From Sulfurimonadaceae bacterium (lineage in GTDB: Bacteria > Campylobacterota > Campylobacteria > Campylobacterales > Sulfurimonadaceae): a stretch of 64,000 nt of DNA. Shown one piece after another: positions 1 to 8,512 of this stretch. The position numbers were made by a program, and so were the translations under genes. The notes beneath the pieces are model-generated. The model was not told the origin of the DNA, searched no databases, and saw nothing but the letters and a program-made list of their open reading frames with translations. Position 1 is the stretch's first letter, and each line of letters begins with the position of its first letter. Location of the stretch: assembly GCA_041571435.1 (NCBI GenBank), contig JBFFUI010000005.1:1-64000 (forward strand). Reading direction: 5' to 3'.

Positions 1-141
1 GCATCGACAAGCCAGTTCCTTGCTAAAAACCCTATTTTTAAATACAAGTTTACGGGTATCGGTGCTGCAGGCGACACTGTCGAGATGCACTGGGTTGACC
101 GTAAAGGTAAAACTGGTAAAGGCAAAGGCAAGATCAAGTAA
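1..141 (+). CDS. soxZ: thiosulfate oxidation carrier protein SoxZ, 3' end (partial)
   Basis: Frame 1 reads ASTSQFLAKNPIFKYKFTGIGAAGDTVEMHWVDRKGKTGKGKGKIK*, matching the SoxZ C-terminal pattern (S..L.KNP.F.F..G...GD...M.WVD.KG). Not in the ORF track because it is 5'-truncated. Confidence 0.8.
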   Translation, partial: ASTSQFLAKNPIFKYKFTGIGAAGDTVEMHWVDRKGKTGKGKGKIK

Positions 142-262
142 CGCACTTGATCCTTGTCTTGAAAAGCGCGGTGCATGGCTGCTCTTGTGTTGTCTAATGT
201 TCTCCGGACATATTTTTTACACTTTTTTCAAGCAGACTGATCGTACAAAAAAAGGATTATAT

Positions 263-454
263 ATGAGAGCAGGATCAAGAGAGTATAGGACACTTCTGAA
301 TATCGTCAAGAAGAATCCCGGTATTACATCAGCCGAAGCAATCAACAAACTAAACCGTGAGTTAAGGGCAGACAATACCGTGGTAGAGGTTTTGAGCCTC
401 AGAACAATAGCTGCCAGGTATTTGAACAACCTTGGGGTCTTTGGCGGGATCTAA
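263..454 (+). CDS. possible small protein (63 aa)
   Basis: ATG at 263 preceded by AAGGA; MRAGSREYRTLLNIVKKNPGITSAEAINKL... Overlaps the convergent gene by 93 bp. Confidence 0.3.
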   Translation: MRAGSREYRTLLNIVKKNPGITSAEAINKLNRELRADNTVVEVLSLRTIAARYLNNLGVFGGI

Positions 455-1069
455 CCATTTTATAATGGTGTCAAGCTCTTCTTCTCTCATAGCGCTACAG
501 CCGGCAGTCGGCGCGTTTGGTGATTTACGGATATGAAAGAAGATACACGAACCGGCCCCTTTTTTTGCCTGCGTATTATGCTCAATGACTAAACCGATCT
601 TGTAGAGATCGTCATCTCGTCTCATCCACTCAAAACTTTTTGGATTGTCACTCTTTTTTATAGCAATGATCTTATTGTAGTATTCGGATTGTGTGTCGTC
701 GACACAGATAAGCTCTTTGTCCGCCTGCAGATAGGGCATTTTTGTCTTTAAGCTGGGTGCATAGCCAAAGGCTTTTGAGATCGTAAAGATGCCCGCAGGA
801 GCACGTCCGTCACCCTCATGTTTAACCGGTTCATCTGTTTGCGGTGTAAACCCCTTTTCACCGATCCCCCACGCCAGACCGTTACGGCCGATGTTGACAA
901 CGATATTTTCACCTACCTGGACAAAGCTGTTTTGATCTTTTTCATAACGTGTTAAAACAGCGTGCGTGGTATTAAAATCATCACTTAGGATCAAGATCAA
1001 TTGTTCAGATCCGTGGGCAAAACCGAAGGATAAAAAAAGAGGTAAAAAAAGTTTTGTAATCTGTTTCAT
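362..1069 (-). CDS. L,D-transpeptidase (YkuD-like) family protein, exported
   Basis: Signal peptide; EGDGRAPAG motif and catalytic H...TAGC (FHIRKSPNAPTAGC). Confidence 0.8.
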   Translation of the reverse strand: MKQITKLFLPLFLSFGFAHGSEQLILILSDDFNTTHAVLTRYEKDQNSFVQVGENIVVNIGRNGLAWGIGEKGFTPQTDEPVKHEGDGRAPAGIFTISKAFGYAPSLKTKMPYLQADKELICVDDTQSEYYNKIIAIKKSDNPKSFEWMRRDDDLYKIGLVIEHNTQAKKGAGSCIFFHIRKSPNAPTAGCSAMREEELDTIIKWLDPAKDPKVVQIPGSYCSEAQNLYHGIVCP

Positions 1070-1149
1070 ATATGGTACACTTAATTCAAGAATTTTAATA
1101 CTACCATTATATCGCTAACTTGGCTTAGGCTTTGGTAAGGGGAAAAGAT

Positions 1150-1773
1150 ATGAATATCATGATCCGTAAAGCAACGGAGAAAGATGCACCGCTTTTAGCA
1201 CAGTCGATGTTGGAAAGTTCTCGATCCGGCAAGAAAAAAGGGCTCTTTGATGTCATCTTTGATACCTTTGACAAAGCAACACTTCTTGAACATCTGGAAA
1301 AGTTGACCACAACACAGACAAAAAGCTATTGCCATTTCTCCAATTTTCTGGTTGCCAGTGTCGATGGCGTTGATGCGGGCTTTCTCTGCGGGTATGAACC
1401 CCGTATCGCGACGTATGAGATCTTTACAAAAGCGATGGAGGAACTTGGATGCGACGGCAGTTATGAAGAACGTCTTGCCTCATATCGCATGGTCGAGCCG
1501 CAATTTGACAAAAAGACATTCCTGCTGGACTTTATGGCGGTCAAAGATGAGTTCCATGAATTTTCTGTTCTCAAAGAGTTGATCCAAAAAAGTCTTCTTA
1601 CAGCACGACTCAAAGGTTACCGTATTGTTCAGACCATGGTAGAGATCGGCTCTGTAGAGACAATCATGGTTTATAAAAAACTGGGATTTACCGAGGTCGA
1701 CGAACGTCGTAGCAGACAGTACGAAGAAGAGTACGGCCGTCCTGGTATTGTCCGCCTTCAGATCCATCTTTAG
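1150..1773 (+). CDS. GNAT family acyltransferase
   Basis: N-terminal IRKATEKD and C-terminal YKKLGF are typical GNAT ends; ATG 1150 follows GGAAAAG. Confidence 0.7.
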   Translation: MNIMIRKATEKDAPLLAQSMLESSRSGKKKGLFDVIFDTFDKATLLEHLEKLTTTQTKSYCHFSNFLVASVDGVDAGFLCGYEPRIATYEIFTKAMEELGCDGSYEERLASYRMVEPQFDKKTFLLDFMAVKDEFHEFSVLKELIQKSLLTARLKGYRIVQTMVEIGSVETIMVYKKLGFTEVDERRSRQYEEEYGRPGIVRLQIHL

Positions 1774-1782
1774 GATATTCCC

Positions 1783-3150
1783 ATAGAGTACGGTATCCTC
1801 TCCCTCGCAGCGCCTCTCACTGCTATTATGATGGCACTATTGACTAAACGCGTTCTGGTGTCACTGTTTGCCGGTATTCTTATGGGTGAACTTATCATCA
1901 ACCAATACGCGCTTGTTGAGACAGTGTATGCTCTGGTAGATCTTTCGGTGCAGCTTTTTATGACACCGTGGGTCTTAAAGACCTTTGGGTTTATGCTTCT
2001 GATGGGTGCCGTTATGCATTTGATGGAACGATCCGGCGGCGTAAACGGCTTTGTTTACATGCTCAGTCATAAACTTGCTCTTGTAAAGTCGGATCGTGCG
2101 GCACTGCTTTTGGTCTACATAATCGGCATTGTTATCTTTATTGAGACTTCGATCACCGTTTTGATCGCCGGGAGTGTCGGACGTCCTCTTTGTGATGCCC
2201 ACCGTATCTCTCGGGCGAAACTGGCCTATGTCTGTGACTCGACCTCGGCCCCTGTGGGTTCGATTTTGATGTTTAATGGTTACGGAGCGCTGATGCTAGG
2301 GCTTATTGCAACACAGATGGGTCTAGGCTTTTTGAGCGGCGATAGTGTGGAGTGGTTACTTCAGGCGGTAATGTTGAATTTTTATTCCATTTTTGCCCTC
2401 GTTGTTACCTTCTTTGTGATCTGGTTTACGATCGATATCGGTGCGATGCGACATGCCCTCGTGAAACATGAGATAAGCAAGATCAGAGCGGGCGGGCATC
2501 CGATGTATATGATTGCGCCGATATTACTGATGGTCGGCGGGGTCTTCCTCTTTTTATATATTACGGGGGATGGCAATATCTTAAAAGGAAGCGGCTCAAG
2601 CGCTATTTTCTATACGATGGTGATGACCTTGACCCTTATGGGGCTTTTTTTTGTTGCCAGAAAAGTGATGCCGCTCATGACTGTTGTGCAAGAGAGTCTG
2701 GGCGGCATGCGTTCGATGATAGGGATCACCTCGATCCTCTTTTTCGCCTTCGCCATAGGACAGGTGACCAGTGATATGAAGACAGGTAGCTATCTGGCCT
2801 CCTATGTCAATGCTGTTCTGTCGCCGGCCTGGTTGGCGGCGGCCGTGTTTTTACTGGCGGCGGTCATGTCCTTTTCGACCGGGACAAGCTGGGGAACGTT
2901 CAGTATCATGGTGCCGATTGCTGTCCCTTTAGCCGCGGCAATGGATGCGGATATGGCCTTGGTCCTGGGGGCGGTTATCTCGGGTGGGGTCTTTGGCGAT
3001 CATTGCTCGCCTATCTCTGATACGACGATCATCTCTTCCATGGCGACAGGGTGCGATCATGTCGAGCATGTCAAGACACAGCTGCCTTATGCACTTCTTT
3101 CGGGTCTCATTGCCTTTGTGCTCTTTGCGCTGTTTGGACAGGTAGGGTAA
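1783..3150 (+). CDS. Na+/H+ antiporter NhaC family transporter
   Basis: Multi-TM protein with LAYVCDSTSAP, FSTGTSWGT and GDHCSPISDTT motifs. First ATG is 1828, but the family-like N-terminus (xEYGILSL..P) begins at ATA 1783 after AGGA. Confidence 0.85.
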   Translation: MEYGILSLAAPLTAIMMALLTKRVLVSLFAGILMGELIINQYALVETVYALVDLSVQLFMTPWVLKTFGFMLLMGAVMHLMERSGGVNGFVYMLSHKLALVKSDRAALLLVYIIGIVIFIETSITVLIAGSVGRPLCDAHRISRAKLAYVCDSTSAPVGSILMFNGYGALMLGLIATQMGLGFLSGDSVEWLLQAVMLNFYSIFALVVTFFVIWFTIDIGAMRHALVKHEISKIRAGGHPMYMIAPILLMVGGVFLFLYITGDGNILKGSGSSAIFYTMVMTLTLMGLFFVARKVMPLMTVVQESLGGMRSMIGITSILFFAFAIGQVTSDMKTGSYLASYVNAVLSPAWLAAAVFLLAAVMSFSTGTSWGTFSIMVPIAVPLAAAMDADMALVLGAVISGGVFGDHCSPISDTTIISSMATGCDHVEHVKTQLPYALLSGLIAFVLFALFGQVG

Positions 3151-3152
3151 AG

Positions 3153-3818
3153 ATGAAGGCGAAACTGCTTCTGCTTGAGGATGAGAGTGCACTCAACGAG
3201 ACGATTACCGAGTATTTGCAAGAGCAGGGCTATGAGGTCGTCTCCGTCTTTGATGGCGATGAAGCCCAGGACAAACTCTATGAAACGTCCTTTGATCTGC
3301 TCCTTCTGGATGTCAATGTTCCCGGCGTAGACGGGTTCAACCTTTTAAAGACAGCGCGAGAGACAGGAACATCGACACCGGCGATCTTCCTGACATCCCG
3401 CAGTGCATTGGCAGATGTGGAAGACGGATTTGAGAGCGGGGCAGATGACTATTTACGCAAGCCTTTTGCCCTTAAAGAGCTGCTTTTACGAATTGAAAAC
3501 CTTCTAAAGCGCTACTTCCACCATGACAACACCGACAGGATAGAGCTGGGCGAAGAGCTCTATTATGACAGTGCTACCTTGACGCTCTATAAAAAGGGTG
3601 AGGCCGTTACTCTGGGGGATAAAGAGAGCCGTCTACTAAAACTGTTTATCCAACGTAGGGGTGAGTTGATCGTCCATGAGGTGATCAAAGAGCAGTTGTG
3701 GGATTTTGATGAAGAGCCAAGTGATGACGCACTCCGTACCTACATCAAACATCTTCGTCAGATATTGGGAAAGGAGAGCATTGTCAATCACAAACGACTC
3801 GGGTATCAGTTTCGCTGA
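3153..3818 (+). CDS. OmpR-family response regulator (DccR/CrdR-like)
   Basis: LLLEDE, LLDVNVP, GADDYLRKPF receiver motifs plus winged-helix C-terminus (LRTYIKHLR...GYQF). Confidence 0.9.
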   Translation: MKAKLLLLEDESALNETITEYLQEQGYEVVSVFDGDEAQDKLYETSFDLLLLDVNVPGVDGFNLLKTARETGTSTPAIFLTSRSALADVEDGFESGADDYLRKPFALKELLLRIENLLKRYFHHDNTDRIELGEELYYDSATLTLYKKGEAVTLGDKESRLLKLFIQRRGELIVHEVIKEQLWDFDEEPSDDALRTYIKHLRQILGKESIVNHKRLGYQFR

Positions 3819-4962
3819 AAACAGAACGCTTCGTGCTTTTGTCCTCTTGTATGGGGTGATGGCCTTTTTGATTCTGCTATTGATCGGAACGATCTATTAT
3901 CGCTATTCCGAAGAGCTCATGCTTTCGACGCACCGTTTATCGATGCAGATTGAAGCTGAGAGCTATATCCCCAGAGTTATGAGCTGGAAAGAGTCCGGAG
4001 CTTCTCCTTCTTCATTCCCAAAAGATATTGCTTATCACACCGCTATCTACACTAAAAACGGTCATGCTGTGGTCTCCTATTTTGACGAGCCTCTCAAGCA
4101 GTTTACCCCCGGCATATATAAAGAAAACAGTCATATCCATTTCTCGATGACGTTGGGATCCTATGGGATGAAGCAGATGCTGCTGGTCTTCGAGACAAAA
4201 GATGACGGACTCTGGCTGAGAGCGATGTTGATGAATTTCCTGCTCTACGGCGGGCTTCTGTTTGTGGCACTTCTTACTTTGGGAGTCGTGCTTTCACGTC
4301 TGTTTATCCGTCCAATGCGCGAGGCGGTTGAACTGTTGGACAATTTTATCAAGGATACGACGCATGAGCTCAACACCCCTGTCAGTACCATCGTTACCAA
4401 TGTGGAGACGATCGACCAAGAGCAGCTCGATGAAAAAACGCGTAAAAAAATCCGTCGCATAGACATCTCTGCCAAGACGATCGCATCGATCTATGAAGAC
4501 CTGACATATCTTGTCTTACATCATAAGGTTGCGGTGGTGGATGCGCCTTTGGAGATAGCGGAAGTTGTACGAGAGCGGCTTGCCTATTTCAGTGACCATT
4601 TTGTGCAAAAACAGCTGACAGTCAGCGATGAGCTCAAATCCTGCATATTGACAATGGACCGGAGCAAAATAACACGTATCATTGACAACCTGCTCTCCAA
4701 TGCTATTAAATACAACAAACGTGGCGGAACGATAAAGGTCGTATTGGATGATACAAAATTACAGGTAAGCGACAGCGGAAAAGGGATAAAGGATGAAAAA
4801 CTCAAACACATCTTTGAACGTTACAGTCGATTTGACAAGAGTGTGGGCGGTTTTGGAATCGGTCTGAATATTGTGGCGTCGATCGTTAAAGAGTATGGAT
4901 TCAGAGTCGAGGTGGGTTCACGTCCCCAAGAGGGGACGGTCATTACTGTTTTTTGGCGATAA
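3781..4962 (+). CDS. sensor histidine kinase
   Basis: Two TM segments; H-box DTTHELNTP, N-box NLLSNAIKY, DSGKG and GFGIGL. TTG at 3781 follows AAGGAG and overlaps the regulator gene. Confidence 0.9.
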   Translation: MSITNDSGISFAENRTLRAFVLLYGVMAFLILLLIGTIYYRYSEELMLSTHRLSMQIEAESYIPRVMSWKESGASPSSFPKDIAYHTAIYTKNGHAVVSYFDEPLKQFTPGIYKENSHIHFSMTLGSYGMKQMLLVFETKDDGLWLRAMLMNFLLYGGLLFVALLTLGVVLSRLFIRPMREAVELLDNFIKDTTHELNTPVSTIVTNVETIDQEQLDEKTRKKIRRIDISAKTIASIYEDLTYLVLHHKVAVVDAPLEIAEVVRERLAYFSDHFVQKQLTVSDELKSCILTMDRSKITRIIDNLLSNAIKYNKRGGTIKVVLDDTKLQVSDSGKGIKDEKLKHIFERYSRFDKSVGGFGIGLNIVASIVKEYGFRVEVGSRPQEGTVITVFWR

Positions 4963-5233
4963 AATTTGCCACTGTATTGATCTGCTCATCATTATATGCG
5001 GCGATCTGACCTTTCATCAAGGCTTTCATCGGGCCGCCGTAGCTTCCGTTTTTATAACCCTTCAGTGCGGTGACGATCTCTGCTTTGGACATTTCGTTGA
5101 TAATCTTGCTTTTATTCAGTGCATGCTTTTCACCGGTATTGCCGTGGCAAGAGGCGCATTTTTTGAATAGAGCAGCGCCATCTTCAGCTGCAAGAATAGA
5201 GGTGATTCCTAAGATAAGTAGTAATGTTTTCAT
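4943..5233 (-). CDS. cytochrome c553-like monoheme cytochrome
   Basis: Signal peptide, CASCH heme motif, GGPMKALM distal Met region; RBS AAGGA. Confidence 0.9.
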   Translation of the reverse strand: MKTLLLILGITSILAAEDGAALFKKCASCHGNTGEKHALNKSKIINEMSKAEIVTALKGYKNGSYGGPMKALMKGQIAAYNDEQINTVANFIAKKQ

Positions 5234-5369
5234 TGTTTTTCCTTTTTTTTTGACGGTTGGGCCAGAGGATTTTAAGTCTCTCCGGCTGCGTTGACATCGG
5301 ATTTGCTTTGGCGGCAGGTCCGTGTGCAGTCGAACTGTGCCCGTATCTGAGCACAACATATTTCAAGTA

Positions 5370-5711
5370 TTATCCGCAGCTGGGTACATTTCCGGAATCA
5401 GATGCATACTCATACAAAAAGTCTTTCAGGTGTTCAGAATACTTTTTAAACTTTTTGCCGTTGGCGTATTTTTCGCCTTTTGTCCCTTTGTGCCATGCCT
5501 TGAAGCCTGCATTGTCGTCCGAAAATGCTTCGGCCCACTCTTTTTGCGTCTTCATTGCAGCGCCTTTCGTACCGTTTCCGTGACACTTTTTGCACTGTTT
5601 CAAGTAGGCTTTTTGCCCTTTTTTGATATCCGCAGAGAGTGTGGGCACAAAGGCTGTGCTTAACAGCACGGCCACTAAAATGCTTTTAAGTGATGTTTGA
5701 GCTAAGTTCAT
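5370..5711 (-). CDS. monoheme cytochrome c with C-terminal ASDSGNVPSC
   Basis: Signal peptide, CKKCH heme motif, AGGAG RBS before ATG 5711. Confidence 0.85.
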   Translation of the reverse strand: MNLAQTSLKSILVAVLLSTAFVPTLSADIKKGQKAYLKQCKKCHGNGTKGAAMKTQKEWAEAFSDDNAGFKAWHKGTKGEKYANGKKFKKYSEHLKDFLYEYASDSGNVPSCG

Positions 5712-5740
5712 AATCAAACTCCTTTTTTTAAATATGTCAC

Positions 5741-5770
5741 ATTGTAAACAGCGATTGTGGAGCGATTGTG
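5741..5770 (-). promoter_or_regulatory. -10 (TACAAT) with tandem 10-bp direct repeat, probable OmpR-family operator
   Basis: AGCGATTGTG at 5750-5759 and 5761-5770 (11-bp period), immediately upstream of minus-strand TACAAT (5741-5746). Confidence 0.6.
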
Positions 5771-6071
5771 AAAGGAAAAGTGATGCAAAATGCATAATAT
5801 GTACCATCATGTCAGATTTATCGTTGAGGTGCTTAGGAAAACGAAGCGGTTGTCTGGATAGAGACTCCCGAAAACTTGGAGCTTGCACCCGTATATTCAA
5901 AATTCATCGAGGTAACTGGATTTCTTTACTTTCATTTTATGGTTACTAAGAGTATAATTACGCCACTAAATTTTATAGCTACAAAACAGTATTATTTGCC
6001 TTTCATAAGCAAAAGCAAACGAAGTGAAAATTACACTTTTGTAATACTTGTTCCAAGAAGGTAAAAAAACG

Positions 6072-7655
6072 ATGAACGCATCAGAGATTGAAAAGTTAGG
6101 CATCCAGAACGTTGGTAAACTCTTTTACAACCTAAGTTATGACGAACTGATTAAGCACGAACTGGAAAATGGTGAGTGTGCTTTAGCCGATAATGGTGCA
6201 ACTATGGTCGATACAGGTATCTTTACAGGCCGTAGTCCAAAAGACAAGTTCTTTGTGGATCAAGAACCTTCAAACAAGTATATCGGTTGGGGTGATGTCA
6301 ACCAAAAGATCTCTAAAGAGAACTACGAAGAGCTTTATAAGATCGGTACATCGCAACTCTCTGGCAAAGATCTCTATGTTATGGACCTTTTCACGGGTTC
6401 ATCGCCGGCAAGTAAACGCAATGTGCGTTTTATCTCCGAGATCGCTTGGCAGGCACACTTCGTTAAAAACATGTTTATCCGTCCTACCGAAGATCAACTG
6501 GAAGGATTCAAGTCAGACTTTACTGTTATCAACGCCTGTAAAGCGACTAATGAACGTTATAAAGAGATGGGCCTTAACTCAGAGGTCTTTGTGGTCTTTA
6601 ATATAGAAGAGAATGTTGCGGTCATCGGCGGTACCTGGTACGGCGGCGAGATGAAGAAGGGTATCTTCTCAATGATGAACTACTGGCTTCCGCTCGAAGG
6701 GAAGATGGCGATGCACTGTTCTGCAAATGTAGGTGAAAAAGGTGATACCGCACTGTTCTTCGGTTTGAGCGGAACAGGTAAAACGACACTTTCGACAGAC
6801 CCGCATCGTGCGCTTATCGGGGACGATGAGCATGGTTGGGATGATGAAGGTGTTTTCAACTTTGAAGGCGGTTGTTATGCAAAAGTGATCAACCTTGACC
6901 AAAAAAGCGAGCCTGAGATCTATGCGGCCATTCGCAGAAATGCACTTCTGGAAAATGTAGTCTACGATGAGGACGGCCTTGTCGATTATGAGGACGGTTC
7001 TAAAACAGAGAACACACGTGTCTCTTATCCAATCGAGCATATTGAAAACCGTAAAGAAGATCTTATGGCGGGGCATCCAGAAAAGATCATTTTCCTAACG
7101 GCAGATGCATTCGGTATCTTGCCTCCGGTCTCTAAACTGACCAAAGAGCAGGCAATGTACTACTTCTTGAGCGGCTATACAGCGAAAGTTGCCGGTACTG
7201 AACGCGGTATTACGGAGCCGGTCGCAACCTTCTCGGCCTGTTTCGGTGAAGCGTTTCTACCGCTTCATCCAACGGTCTATGCCAAACTTCTTGGTGAGAA
7301 GATAGACAAACATAATGTTGAGGTGTTCCTGGTGAACACAGGATGGGCAGGCGGCGCCTACGGTGTCGGTAAGCGTATGAGTATTAAAGATACGCGTGCA
7401 TGTATCAATGCCATCCTTGACGGTAGTATCAACAACTCTGAGTTCGACACAACTAAAACATTCCGTCTTCATGTCCCTAAAACACTGGGTGATATCAATT
7501 CGAGTCTTCTTAATCCGCGTAATGCATGGGCTGATAAAGATGAGTTCGATGCGAAACGCGACGAACTTGCCGCCATGTTCATCGAAAACTTTAAAAAGTA
7601 TATGACAGAAGACAGTGAGTTTGACTACTCACAAGCCGGGCCACACATCGAGTAA
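6072..7655 (+). CDS. pckA: phosphoenolpyruvate carboxykinase (ATP)
   Basis: [38 protein letters not shown] and NFEGGCYAK motifs. Confidence 0.97.
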   Translation: MNASEIEKLGIQNVGKLFYNLSYDELIKHELENGECALADNGATMVDTGIFTGRSPKDKFFVDQEPSNKYIGWGDVNQKISKENYEELYKIGTSQLSGKDLYVMDLFTGSSPASKRNVRFISEIAWQAHFVKNMFIRPTEDQLEGFKSDFTVINACKATNERYKEMGLNSEVFVVFNIEENVAVIGGTWYGGEMKKGIFSMMNYWLPLEGKMAMHCSANVGEKGDTALFFGLSGTGKTTLSTDPHRALIGDDEHGWDDEGVFNFEGGCYAKVINLDQKSEPEIYAAIRRNALLENVVYDEDGLVDYEDGSKTENTRVSYPIEHIENRKEDLMAGHPEKIIFLTADAFGILPPVSKLTKEQAMYYFLSGYTAKVAGTERGITEPVATFSACFGEAFLPLHPTVYAKLLGEKIDKHNVEVFLVNTGWAGGAYGVGKRMSIKDTRACINAILDGSINNSEFDTTKTFRLHVPKTLGDINSSLLNPRNAWADKDEFDAKRDELAAMFIENFKKYMTEDSEFDYSQAGPHIE

Positions 7656-7758
7656 AACTCATTTCCGGCGTGATTTGCGCTTCACTTCACCACTCGACGT
7701 ACAGAGGTACGCTTTCGGGTTCACATTAGTACAACTCACTTCAAATCTGAAACTTTTA
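7653..7758. repeat. ~105-bp imperfect palindrome (ERIC/MITE-like intergenic element)
   Basis: Central CGTAC-agag-GTACG (7698-7711) flanked by ACTCGA/TCGGGT and GTGATTTGCGC/GTACAACTCAC arms. Confidence 0.5.
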
Positions 7759-7853
7759 ATAGGTCTTGCATTTTGTGATGAGCTCCGCCCTCATATACTA
7801 TTCATTATTTCCCAAATAAGCTATACTTTCGCAACTAAACAATATGGATTTTC

Positions 7854-8414
7854 ATGGAAGATATGCTCTCAAACTTAGTGACCTATGGTTACATCGGTCT
7901 CTTTTTATACTCTTTAGGCGGTGGGTTCGTCGCGCTAATGGCGGCAGCGGTTCTGGCCTCACAAGGCAAGATGGATCTCGGTGTTGTCATGGCGGTTGCT
8001 TTTGTGGCCAATTTTATAGGTGACACATTGCTGTTTTATATGGCACGCTACCACAAAAGTGAGATGATGAACTATCTGCGTAAACACCGCCGAAAACTTG
8101 CCCTCTCGCACATCTTGATGAAACGCCACGGCTACTGGGTCATCTACATGCAGAAGTTTGTTTACGGCATCAAGACGTTAATCCCGTTGGCTATCGGGAT
8201 TACGAAGTACCCCTTTCTCACCTTTACGATCAACAATTTTTTCGCGACCATTGTCTGGACGGTTGTGGTCGGTTTCGGAAGCTATTTAGCCGGAAATATG
8301 CTGATGCGCGGCTATGAAATTGTCGCCGACAGACCTTATCTAGCGCCAATAATCTTAGTGACGATTGCAGGTGCCATTTGGTTCTATATGTCTTGGGCCA
8401 CCAAGAAACGGTAG
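7854..8414 (+). CDS. DedA/VTT family membrane protein
   Basis: YGYIGLF start, NFIGD motif, QKFVYGIKT motif. Confidence 0.85.
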   Translation: MEDMLSNLVTYGYIGLFLYSLGGGFVALMAAAVLASQGKMDLGVVMAVAFVANFIGDTLLFYMARYHKSEMMNYLRKHRRKLALSHILMKRHGYWVIYMQKFVYGIKTLIPLAIGITKYPFLTFTINNFFATIVWTVVVGFGSYLAGNMLMRGYEIVADRPYLAPIILVTIAGAIWFYMSWATKKR

Positions 8415-8512
8415 AAATACTACGTTTGTTTATAGAAAGTCGTTTGTCGGAAGTCTTAATGCCTTTTTGATAGTTTCGGTTTTACTATGATTTAACCGTA
8501 AAAGGAAGTAGA

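Noticed and set aside
1771-1773. In-frame TAG between the GNAT and NhaC genes (read-through fusion)
   Set aside because: The GNAT is complete at this stop, and an RBS plus ATA start explains the downstream frame; no recoding signal is visible.
5184-5366. 60-aa ORF between the cytochromes, and upstream-extended ORF-track starts (e.g. 5900, 5359, 33478, 53682, 3051)
   Set aside because: No RBS or recognisable motif; downstream starts with good RBSs and signal peptides fit better.
5828-5889. tRNA-like cloverleaf upstream of pckA
   Set aside because: Stems are only 4-5 bp and overlap; no TTC T-loop, no proper anticodon arm and no CCA.
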